Assembly (NCBI GenBank): GCA_032718475.1
Contig: JAUCBJ010003401.1
Location: 1-41,180 of the forward strand
Length of the DNA: 41,180 nucleotides
From: Nemertoderma westbladi
Lineage: Eukaryota; Animalia; Xenacoelomorpha
Direction: 5' to 3'
Below are positions 30,676 to 41,180 of the stretch, in pieces. The notes under the pieces were generated by a model that saw only the letters and a program-made list of their open reading frames with translations, was not told where the DNA came from and searched no databases. The stretch's first letter is position 1. Every line of letters begins with the position of its first letter. A program made the position numbers and the translations under genes.

Positions 30676-31055
30676 GGGGCCGTCCAAGTATGACGTCTGC
30701 ACTTTTCCCCAAAATGTTGACCCCCTCCCTCCCCTAAATCAGATGTCATCAGATAGGCGTTGACCCCCCCCCCCCCCTCCCCTAAATCAGATTTAAAAAA
30801 ATTTTGCGTCCTAATCACTGAAAGATGGTGACTGGTAACTGAAACAGAAGGTCGTGCTACGGGCCTTCGGGGGCTTCGAACAATTAAAATAGGCAAGCTA
30901 TTTACTCTTCTGCTATATCTCTTCTAGCACCTATAAATGACCATGCTGACGTCAGATTTTGGCTGACCCCCTCCCCTCCCCTCATCAGCACGTCATCAGA
31001 TTTTCCCAACCCCCCTCCCACCCCTAAAGTGCTGACGTCATACTTGGACGGCCCC
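30676..31055. mobile_element. PIF/Harbinger (Tourist-like) MITE
   Basis: Perfect 22-bp TIR GGGGCCGTCCAAGTATGACGTC, extending to about 30 bp with one mismatch. 3-bp TSD TAA (30673-30675 / 31056-31058). Confidence 0.93.
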
Positions 31056-31252
31056 TAAGTAAAGATTAAGTTATATTAAAGTGTTGTATACTACTGTATT
31101 ACTTCACAATATGGGAATGTGAGGAATTAAATAAATCGGCAAATACAGGGATTTCATATCGTTTACAGCCTCCAATAATTAATTGATTTTCATTAATTAT
31201 ACCAACCAATTAATTTACCGCTAGATAGGGTAGATTCAGTTAGTGATATAAA

Positions 31253-34200
31253 CTAAACTGTTACTTCCAATTTCGTACATAAATAACCCTCTAGTAGATT
31301 CATCTTTGTACAGTCTAGCCACCCACCGAACCCGTTTACCGGTACGGCATCCAATAGGGATACTGCCCTTCCGTCGTCAGCGTATGGATAAACTCCAATA
31401 TAATGTTTATCGTTCTCTTCCAAAGGAACTAATAAACGCGATCCGCCTTGTATCCACAGCGGTTCCACTTCACCGTTAGGAACGAATTTACCGCAATCCA
31501 GAACGGATGGCGTTCTATCCAATACGAGAGTAGGGTTGCTATAGGAGGAGCTGGTAATCTTATAAGTGCAGAGGGTTAATTTATGTTTGGTGGATTGGAA
31601 TATTCCGAGGGTTAAGTCGAAGCAAGAAATCCTGATACTAATTAGTTTACCTGGTTCATCGAGCCGGGATATCCATTCAATGGAACAATCGAATGGATTC
31701 AGTTTAATCACAAAGTTGTTGTTCGTTAGTACATGCGGCCCATACCGATCCACGAAGACTAGTGACCCTATCTCTTGACCTAGGTATCCCACTTTACCCA
31801 GACACATATGCCGGACTTCGTCTTTCTCTGTGTCTATAAAAAACACGCAATCTCCCGTTGCGGCGACCCAAGTTGTATTAGTAAAACTCTCTAAGCACTG
31901 AATCTGTTTCTTTGCGGAGTTGCAGCGTGAGCCCAGAACAATCGATTCCCCTTGCAGAGACAAATCATCGTGGCTGTTTACTTCGTAGAAGTAAACCCTG
32001 TTTGTTAAGGAGTCGGTTATCCCCCGTATCCTTTCGCACCATCCACCACCACCAATGGTACTGACTTTACCCTTTACCGATTCCTGTTATACGACAGTCG
32101 ATCCGACAAGTTTCAAACAGTTTCGGATCATCAAATAAAACTTCCTTGTATTGGCGGAGGTTAAATAGCTTTTCAACCTCCAATTCTACTAGATCCACCA
32201 CCTTCTCTCCACCTTTGACGCTATTTGTTATGCCAAAGTGACCAATAACCTCATCAAGACCATTCAGTGACTTGGACGGGACGAAATGTATTTCTGGTAC
32301 CTAACTACTTCAACCTCAGAGATCCGCTGCTTTATTTCTTTGTATTTCTTTAGGACCTTATTGGCTTCCGGTATTTCTTTGATTAACTCGGTATTATTTA
32401 TCTTCTTATAATATTCGTTATCTTCAGGAATTTCGATATTAGCGATATGTTCTTTTGCCGCAGATATATTACGTTCTGTTTTGTTTTTTAATTCTCCATT
32501 TTCTTTCAACAATATTTCTTCAGCCGTTTTTAATTCGAGGGATAAATTTTGTAAGTGTTTCCGGACATTGTCGGCAGAAACTTTAGTTACATCGTCCTAA
32601 TCCTCCAGATCTCCGTCAGTTTATTTTCTAATCGCGATCTCAACTTCGGCGGACCTCCTACTAAACTTCGCCGAACCTCCTACTAAACTTTGGTGGACCT
32701 CCTACTAAACTTCGGCGGACCTCCTACTAAACTTTGGCGGACCTCCTACTAAACTTCGGCGGACCTCCTACTAAACTTCGGCGGACCTCCTACTAAACTT
32801 CGGCGGACCTCCTACTAAACTTCGGCGGACCTCCTACTAAACTTCGGCGGACCTCCTACTAAACTTCGGCGGACCTCCTACTCAGCTTCGGCGGACCTCC
32901 TACTCAGCTTCGGCGGACCTCCTACTAAACTTCGGCGGACCTCCTACTCAGCTTCGGCGGACCTCCTACTAAACTTCGGCGGACCTCCTACTAAACTTCG
33001 GCGGACCTCCTACTAAACTTCGGCGGACCTCCTACTAAACTTCGGCGGACCTCCTACTAAACTTCGGTGGACCTCCTACTAAACTTCGGCGGACCTCCTA
33101 CTAAACTTTGGCGGACCTCCTACTAAACTTCGGCGGACCTCCTACTAAACTTCGGCGGACCTCCTACTAAACTTCGGCGGACCTCCTACTAAACTTTGGC
33201 GGACCTCCTACTAAACTTCGGCGGACCTCCTACTAAACTTCGGCGGACCTCCTACTAAACTTCGGCGGACCTCCTACTCAGCTTCGGCGGACCTCCTACT
33301 CAGCTTCGGCGGACCTCCTACTCAGCTTCGGCGGACCTCCTACTCAGCTTCGGCGGACCTCCTACTAAACTTCGGCGGACCTCCTACTAAACTTCGGCGG
33401 ACCTCCTACTAAACTTCGGCGGACCTCCTACTAAACTTCGGCGGACCTCCTACTAAACTTTGGCGGACCTCCTACTAAACTTCGGTGGACCTCCTACTAA
33501 ACTTCGGCGGACCTCCTACTAAACTTCGGCGGACCTCCTACTAAACTTCGGCGGACCTCCTACTAAACTTCGGCGGACCTCCTACTAAACTTCGGCGGAC
33601 CTCCTACTAAACTTCGGCGGACCTCCTACTAAACTTTGGCGGACCTCCTACTAAACTTCGGCGGACCTCCTACTAAACTTTGGCGGACCTCCTACTAAAC
33701 TTTGGCGGACCTCCTACTAAACTTCGGCGGACCTCCTACTAAACTTCGGCGGACCTCCTACTAAACTTCGGCGGACCTCCTACTAAACTTCGGCGGACCT
33801 CCTACTAAACTTTGGCGGACCTCCTACTAAACTTCGGTGGACCTCCTACTAAACTTCGGCGGACCTCCTACTAAACTTCGGCGGACCTCCTACTAAACTT
33901 CGGCGGACCTCCTACTAAACTTTGGCGGACCTCCTACTAAACTTCGGCGGACCTCCTACTAAACTTTGGCGGACCTCCTACTAAACGTTGGTGGACCTCC
34001 TACTAAACTTCGGCGGACCTCCTACTAAACTTCGGCGGACCTCCTACTAAACTTCGGCGGACCTCCTACTCAGCTTCGGCGGACCTCCTACTAAACTTCG
34101 GCGGACCTCCTACTAAACTTCGGCGGACCTCCTACTAAACTTTGGCGGACCTCCTACTAAACTTCGGCGGACCTCCTACTAAACTTCGGCGGACCTCCTA

Positions 34201-34571
34201 CTAAACTTCGGCGGACCTCCTACTAAACTTCGGCGGACCTCCTACTAAACTTCGGCGGACCTCCTACTAAACTTCGGCGGACCTCCTACTAAACTTCGGC
34301 GGACCTCCTACTGTACTAAACTTCCTGGATGGATAGACAGAGATCAGCGGAACGCAAGACTTCGTGATCTTTATAACCATCGTCAGCGGAATGACATTGG
34401 CGGCATATAAGAGATTCGCATTTCTTGCAATAATGGCGTTTGTTTAGACCATGGACTCGGCACAGATCCGGATATTTAATTTTAAATCCACCAACGCCAA
34501 CGGACAGTTCGCAGTTTAGGCAAAATTATGTGCCGCAATCTTCACATTCCTCCACTAGCACCCGTTCCATT
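31253..34571 (-). pseudogene. Intronless TRIM-like pseudogene (B-box1, B-box2, coiled coil, putative NHL-like beta-propeller)
   Basis: Minus strand reads CEDCGT*FCLNC (B-box1-like), then CRVHGLNKRHYCKKCESLICRQCHSADDGYKDHEV (B-box2), a coiled coil (ELKTAEEILLKENGELKNK...), ITDSLTNRVYFY, and the 236-aa beta-rich ORF 31253-31963. It has several in-frame stops and frameshifts and is split by the 22-bp array. Confidence 0.75.
32642..34324. repeat. 22-bp minisatellite, about 76 copies
   Basis: (AACTTCGGCGGACCTCCTACTA)n, highly homogeneous. Variants are CpG transitions (TTTGG, GGTGG) and a CTCAGCTT subtype. Confidence 0.98.
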
Positions 34572-34739
34572 GCTGCATTGTAGTACTAGAAAGCCAGCAA
34601 GCTGGCTGGAAGGAGCCCCGGGGAAGAATCCTAGCCAAGACAGATGAAATCGAACAAATGAAATCATACAGAAATCATACATATAGAAAATTATTCACAC
34701 AAATGAAATATGTGATAATTGACATCTAGGTCCCTGAAC

Positions 34740-35588
34740 AGGCAGTACTCTGTTAATCTACAGGAGCTAATAAACCACAGGTTGATGCCATCAATGATGC
34801 TGACGACAGCAGGCAATCATCCCAGGCATGGAAATGGATCAATTTGCTTACTGGGCGGAAAAGCCAACCAACCACCAAGGTTAAGGCTGAATCACCAACC
34901 GATCGCCTCAATGGTTGGAAAGCCCACTTTGAAAAGATCCTCAATAATGACAGGGTATTGCCTGATAACTTTATAGAAGTAAAAGTGTCTGAGTCTGTAC
35001 TCCCAGATATTCCCATTGGCTATATCTCCTTTGCAGAGGTGAAGGCTGCTGCAAAGAGCATTAAGACCAATCGTGCCAGTGGAGTAGATGGTGTTCCCCC
35101 TGAGGTCTTTAAAATACCTGAGTGTTTAAAGCTCATCTATCCCATCATAGTAGACATGTACCGAACAACAAGAGTCCCACAAGAAATGAAAACAAATAAG
35201 TTGGTGCCAGTTCCCAAGAAGGGCAACCTAACACTCTATGGTTCTTTTCGATGAATCTCATTGATCTCGATTGCTGCAAAGCTATACAATAGGGTTCTAT
35301 TAAATCGCATCAGGGATCCCAAGAACAAAATCGCCTCCGCTTTGCAGGACATTGCTTTCGCCGTGAGGACCAGCCAGTGCATAATCTTGTACTTTGGCAG
35401 CCTCATAGAGTGAATAAGCATGGTGGACAGCCATGACTTTCTTGAGACGCATCTTAAAGGACACTGGCCTTGAAGATGCGGATGATCTAGCAAATGTCAT
35501 GGGTGATAGGGAGTTGTGGCGGTGCAATTTTGTTGACAAGCCTGCACAGCATTCCTAAAAATGCAGCTGCAATGCAGCATGCCGATCC

Positions 35589-35633
<45 letters not shown>
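34740..35633 (+). mobile_element. Internally deleted RTE-clade LINE with (TAG)15 tail
   Basis: AWKWINLLTGRKS...WKAHFEKILN...RASGVDGVPPEVFK...LVPVPKKGNL...R*ISL.SIAAKLYNRVLLNRIR is joined at about 35318 directly to EQNRLRFAGHCFRRE, so the RT core is missing. Tail at 35589-35633. The 5' boundary is approximate. Confidence 0.85.
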
Positions 35634-35635
<2 letters not shown>

Positions 35636-35818
35636 AGTAATACAACATTTATAGTATACTGTAGTCAATAGGAATTGAAATACAGGCAGGGTATGGTTGG
35701 AGTTATGTCTGGGTTGCTATAGCAATACTACTGGCTGCCTATTACAGCACAATTCCCCTCTGGTAAGGCTACACCAACAACTACCAGCAGCTAGCAGCTC
35801 TACACCCCCGCAGCGACT

Positions 35819-38207
35819 ATGTTGACCAATAATGGGAAGGATTAAATTTGTACTCAATAATTGTGCCGCTTTAATTACGTTTAGATCAATTAAAGACACA
35901 TTTATTAAAGCAAATCACTTGAACTAATTAAAGACTATAATAGAATGGGGTATGTGGATTACATCTGTATAATTTTTAAGTATAATTATTTAAATCTTAT
36001 ACTGTAAAATAATTAATTTCCTTTAACAGGCAGGTTGAAAATGCAGTTTTTACCGTAATCACCTTAATTAACTAATTAATTGCTATTATCTTAGCTTCTC
36101 GAAAACAATATGTGCCATGGCAAAACTCTGAGGTTACTTGTAAGAGAGAAGATCTTAAGATAGCCTACAAAGTTAAAACCGAACAACCAACAACCGAAAA
36201 CATTAACAAGGTTGAGAAAGCTAAGGACGATCTTAAATTGGCCTACAACATCAGCCAGGAAAAGTACATACAGGATAAAACTGAAGCAATTACAACTGCT
36301 CACATACAGCAACAATCAAGACTTACCTGGCAAACTGTAAATGGGGTATCTGGTCGGAAAAGTTGTGCAAAGGGGCGCCTCAAAGCCGATAGTCCTGAAG
36401 AACGTGTTGGGAAGTGGAAAAATCACTTCAGCAACTTGCTTGGGCAGCCACCAAACATCGAGGTCAGCCCTACAAGGAAAATATATAGACAAGACACTAC
36501 CTATAGAAACAGGGGACTTCACACCTGCCGAACTCCAAAGAAGCATTAAAAGCATGGCCAATAATAAAGCGAGTGGATTATATGAATTCCCAGTGGAGGT
36601 ATGGAAAACCGGAGTGCTAAACAGACCATTATTGAATGAATGTTTGCAACCGGATGTTAAAAGGGGAAAAGCCACCACCAATTTGGACTAAAGGTCAACT
36701 AAAGCCTCTCCCCAAGAAAGGAGACCTCGGCATACCAACAAACTATCGTGGGATCTGTCTGCTTGTGGTAGCTGCCAAAATATACAATAAAATGATTCTA
36801 TATAGGATTAGGCCTCACATAGAGAAACTACTGCGTAAGAGCCAAAACGGATTTCGACCAAGTAGATCAACAATAGCTCAGATACTTGCACTACGGAGAC
36901 TGATTGAAGGAATTAAGTCAAAGAATCTCCCCGCTGTCATGACTTTTGTGGACTTCAAGAAGGCATTCGACTCCATCCATAGAGGTAAAATGCTTGAAAT
37001 CCTAAGAGCTTATGGAATACCAGAAGTAATTGTTGCTGGCATTGGATTGTTATATTGTGACACAGAAGCGCAGGTACTCTCACCAGATGGTGAAACTGAG
37101 TTTTTCTCAATCCTGGCTGGCGTACTGCAAGGTGACACATTAGCACCATTACTATTTGTAATTGTGCTGGATTACGTAATGAGGACGGCCACAAAGGGTG
37201 AAGACCTGGGATTCACACTTCAAGAACGCAGAAGTAGTAGATATCCGGCAACTACAGTCACAGACACCGACTTTGCGGATGACATCGCCCTGCTCTCTAA
37301 TACCCTAGCAGATGCACAGCTTCTACTAAATAAAGTGGAGAGGGCTGCTAAGGAGGTTGGATTGCATATAAATGCTACAAAGACCGAATTCATGACCTTT
37401 AATGTTGATGGAAACTTGACAACCATTGATAATAATCAACTAAGGAAGGTCGATGACTTCCAGTACCTTGGATCATGGATAGAGAGTAGCAAAAAGGACA
37501 TAGAAGTTAGGAAAGCAAAGGCCTGGGTAGCTCTATCAAAAATGGATACCATCTGGAAATCAGATCTCTCCAGGCACCTGAAGACTAAGTTCTTTCGAGC
37601 CACAGTGGAAAGTGTATTTTATATGGGGGTGAAACCTGGACACTGACTAAATCACTTGAACAACGAATTGATGGTTGCTACACAAGACTACTAAGGGTAG
37701 CCCTAAACATCAGCTGGAGACAACACATGACAAACGCCGAGCTTTACGGTACAATACCACCTGTATCAACCACCCTCCGTGAATGCAGATTAAGATTCAG
37801 TGGGCACTGCTGGCGAAGTAAAGACGAGGTCATACCAGATCTACTTTCCTGGCAACCAACTCATGGAAAGCGTAGTCGTGGACGACCGGCCATAACATAT
37901 ATAGATCAACTTGAAAGGGATACTGAACTTAGGAGAAACGAAATTGCGACAACTATGGAGAATCGGGAAGCCTGGAAGGATCTCATTTCCACTGTCCGAG
38001 TTCGCTCGACCTAGTAGTGGTAGTAGCTTCTCGAAGGCCACACGGAAATTCAACTTGGAAAATTTCGTAACTTTTGCAAGACTACATGTGTACCAAGTTT
38101 GGTTAAATTTCATTAACATTTGGCTGAGTTATTAACGTTTAAAATTGGACACAACAGATCGACAGAACAACACGTTTGTGGGGCCTTCGCGCAGCACGAG
38201 GCCCAGT
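35819..38207 (+). mobile_element. Dispersed non-autonomous (Helitron/Helentron-like) repeat, split by the RTE insertion
   Basis: 35819-36103 plus 38036-38150 align colinearly with 39179-39580. It ends in the hairpin TGGGCCT-n12-AGGCCCA (about 38179-38204). Confidence 0.75.
36104..38023 (+). mobile_element. 5'-truncated RTE-clade non-LTR retrotransposon with near-intact RT domain
   Basis: RT motifs PKKGDL, NYRGICL, QNGFR, FVDFKKAFDS, GVLQGDTLAPLLF, DFADDIALL and YLGS, plus C-terminal RLRFSGHCWR and RGRP. About 3 frameshifts. Stop at 38012-38014 begins a TAG-type tail. 12-bp TSD TAGCTTCTCGAA (36092-36103 / 38024-38035). Confidence 0.95.
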
Positions 38208-38440
38208 TATGAGATACAAATTAAAATTGAGCGACTGTATCACAAAATCAGGTTTTGAGAAATTTACCCACACCACCAATCAATCAAAGAAAGGGGGACA
38301 GTACGTGTTCACCCCTTTTAATCTCCCCACCCCCCCCCCCCCCTCCCCACCCTTCCCAACCACCAATACATAACTGCGATATCTACCACCCACGGAAGGG
38401 TAGAACGAACTTATTTCCAACGCACGTTCAATATGCAAAG

Positions 38441-38753
38441 CCAGGTGGTGTATAGGAATATAATCAACGCCGTACTCGTCTTAATTATTATAAGCGTCGT
38501 TGCGCTCGTCCTGTTTTGTATTTAAATATATTTCCTAAACGCAGACTGACAATCTTTATAACTATCGATACGTGAAATATGCGAAACCAGGAATGGTTTA
38601 TAGGAATATAATCAACGCCGTACTCGTCTTAATTATTATAAGCGTCGTTGCGCTCGTCCTAATATATTTCCTAAACGCAGACTGACAATCTTTATAACTA
38701 TCGATGCATTCAATATACGAAGCCAGGTATGGTTTATAGGAATATAATCAACG
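38441..38753. repeat. ~137-147 bp tandem repeat, about 2.2 copies
   Basis: tataggaatataatcaacgc recurs three times (about 38451, 38598, 38735). The first two units share the whole body. Confidence 0.9.
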
Positions 38754-39178
38754 CAGAACGCAGTACTAATTGCAGTCGATGCAGTAATGATATTCAAATA
38801 ATTAATTTAATACCAGTACCCTCTGTTAATGCCTCAGTGTAAAAACTTAGACAATTCACCTACAAAGAAATCCCATCAAAAAATAATAAGCCTAATATTT
38901 ATGAAGAAAAAACAAGTATGGATATAAGCCTTCTGCAGTGGTAAAATGTTATTGACTGACATTTATTAAATGAGATCTGTCTAACACGCAATAACACAAT
39001 AATAGACTGAATAGTAGGGAATTCAGATTTCCATCTCGTTAGCTAGCTATGGCCAATCTGTCTACCGGCCTGTACACATGTGGTTACATACATTCGCATT
39101 CCCATTGAAGAGCAACTGGCTGTTCTACACACACCAAACATCCTTCCCATCCTATGTACCAGCACCGAGCCAACTTGG

Positions 39179-39733
39179 ATGTTAACCAATAAATGAGCAG
39201 TATTTAATGAGAATCAATTTTTTATGCCGTTTTAATTACTTTAGATCAATTAAAGACACAATTATTAAAGCAAATCACTTGAACTAATTAAAAAGTATAA
39301 TAGAATGGGGTATGTGGATTACATCTGTATAATTTTTAAGTATAATTATTGAAGTCTTATACTGTAAAATAATTAATTTCCTTTAACAGGCAGGTTGAAA
39401 GTGCTGTTTTTACCGCAATCAATTTAATTAACTAATTAACTGCTATTATCTTAGCTTCTCGAAGGCCACACGAAAATTCAACTTGGAAAATTTCTAAACT
39501 TTTGCCAAACAACATGTGTACCAAGTTTGGATAGATTTCATCGAAGATTGGCCGAGTTATTAACGTTTAAAATTGAACACTGCAAAAAAAGCGACAGAAC
39601 GACAGAACGACGGGTTGATTAATGGTACCCCTACGCTAAGGCTCACTCACTTCGTGGCTCGCCCCACAGACACACCGATTGAGTTAGTGGTACCTGTATG
39701 CTAAGCTCGCTTACTTTCGTCGCTCGTCCCACA
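39179..39733 (+). mobile_element. Uninterrupted copy of the repeat that hosts the RTE at 36104-38023
   Basis: Contains a single TAGCTTCTCGAA (39452-39463) with both flanks contiguous. The 3' end resembles 3873-4020 and is locally duplicated. Confidence 0.8.
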
Positions 39734-39904
39734 ATAGAAAGGGGTAGCTATAGTTACTAAAACTAAAACACAAACAAAAGGGGTGTAGTCAAAGTCAAGA
39801 AATTCCGCCTGGATGGAATTCTATCTCAGAAAGCCCTGCACTCCACCGTTCCTACTCCACAGCTAGCTGCTGCAGCTCAGGCAGGAGTTGTTATTTTACC
39901 ATTG

Positions 39905-40138
39905 CTTTTAATTTCGCGACAAAATAATGTCAAAAAACTAAATATATCGAATATCACACATAGAATCGATCTGATATTTTGTAACGCGATTATGAACTAC
40001 CAAAGCAATATACTAATTTCATCAAAATCGCCAGGCAGGATGTTCATGAACCTAGATAATTATCAGTCAGTCAGTCAGTCAGTGTTATATATCCTGAGAT
40101 TTTTACAGTAAGTATCCCGCTGTTGAGCGGGCTCCTAA
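39905..40138 (+). mobile_element. Helitron-like non-autonomous 3' end
   Basis: aatttcatcaaaatcg, then (CAGT)n, the hairpin CCCGCT-gttg-AGCGGG (40116-40131) and CTAA (a CTRR match) at 40135-40138. Confidence 0.5.
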
Positions 40139-41180
40139 CTGTATACTGTATTTATGTTATTATTAAAATTGTCACCCGAGAAAAACAACTAAGTGCACTT
40201 ACGGTAAAAACCAGTTACACTCACAGTTGCCAAGCGAACACAGGAACAAATGAAAACAAACACAAAATGTAATCTAATTATAACTATTTACATCTATTTA
40301 CGAGTTTAATTATCTACCGAGCGAGCGCAGCGAGGGAGGTTTAATATATAAACAAGTGTCTTTAACGCTGAAAAGTGACCTTTGCAAGCAATGATGTATG
40401 TAATTTTGTTACATTATGTCAACTTATCAGCGTTCGGTATGTGAAGAAAGGATTTTATAAATGCTCATATATAAATTTTAATCATGTACCTGTACTATAT
40501 CGAATATAAGTGAAATTTATTAACAGGCACACAGTATTAATTACATTTAAATCTAATTAAAATTTATTGAAAGTTATCTCATGCATGGATGTGATAAATC
40601 ATTAATTCATCTTGACTACTGTATAGTCGACTGAAGCAAAATTAGTCACCGTCTGTGTCCGTTCAGATTTACTGAACACTGCCGCCATTTTCTTGGCTCA
40701 TTTTAGTGTTTTCTATTGGACGTTTCGCCATAATTGATTACAGTACACGTTAAAAAAATTATTTACATACAGTAGCTAGTCCCGTCACTGCAAACTGGAT
40801 AATACAGCAGCACTCATTGGCATAAATGAAAATAATACATTCTGGAATACGGTAATATAAGTTGTTTCCATGTCATTGATTACTTTGCAGCGTTCCGTCA
40901 TACAGGACGCAACGCTGTAAATTAGTACTTTGCAGCGTTACGAGTATTTCAACAGAACGCTGTTAAGTTGACATGATGTAACAAAAAATACAGAATATCA
41001 AATTGTGATTTAAAACATCAATACTGTACAGTTGAGCTGATAAAAACATACAGTAAGCAAGAAAATTAAAATAACGTATTAAATTTAAATAATCAAGTAA
41101 AGTACAGAAGTGATGATAAAATAGACATACAGTAGAACCGTGAAATAAAAATAACATAGTATTAATAACGGATAAAATCA

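Noticed and set aside
32642-34324. CRISPR array or telomeric repeat
   Set aside because: Head-to-tail 22-mers without spacers, with the unit traceable to flanking coding sequence.
32590-34530. Stop-codon reassignment suggested by several in-frame TAA/TAG in the TRIM-like gene
   Set aside because: Frameshifts co-occur, and the 2718-codon golgin ORF has no internal TAR and ends in TAG right after the GRIP tail, consistent with the standard code.

Overview
AT-rich, repeat-dense eukaryotic genomic DNA, most likely from an invertebrate animal (inference from gene and transposon content). There is one intact gene: an uninterrupted 8.2-kb ORF encoding a GRIP-domain golgin (GOLGA4/golgin-245-like, 15356-23512, +). 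A disrupted, intronless TRIM-like gene (two B-boxes, coiled coil, putative beta-propeller; 31253-34571, -) carries a ~76-copy 22-bp minisatellite made from its own coding sequence. The rest is mostly mobile-element debris: a Russian-doll nest of non-autonomous DNA transposons at about 3.5-12.3 kb, several MITEs with readable TIRs and TSDs (hAT-, Mutator-, Tc1/pogo- and Harbinger-type), RTE and CRE non-LTR retrotransposon fragments, a tRNA-derived SINE with TSD, Helitron-like pieces and mini/microsatellites. Two signals stand out. First, a two-box core sequence is shared by MITEs with unrelated TIRs and is amplified into a 68-bp satellite. Second, TA-bounded micro-insertions resembling transposon excision footprints are pervasive. 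All alignments and counts were done by eye.
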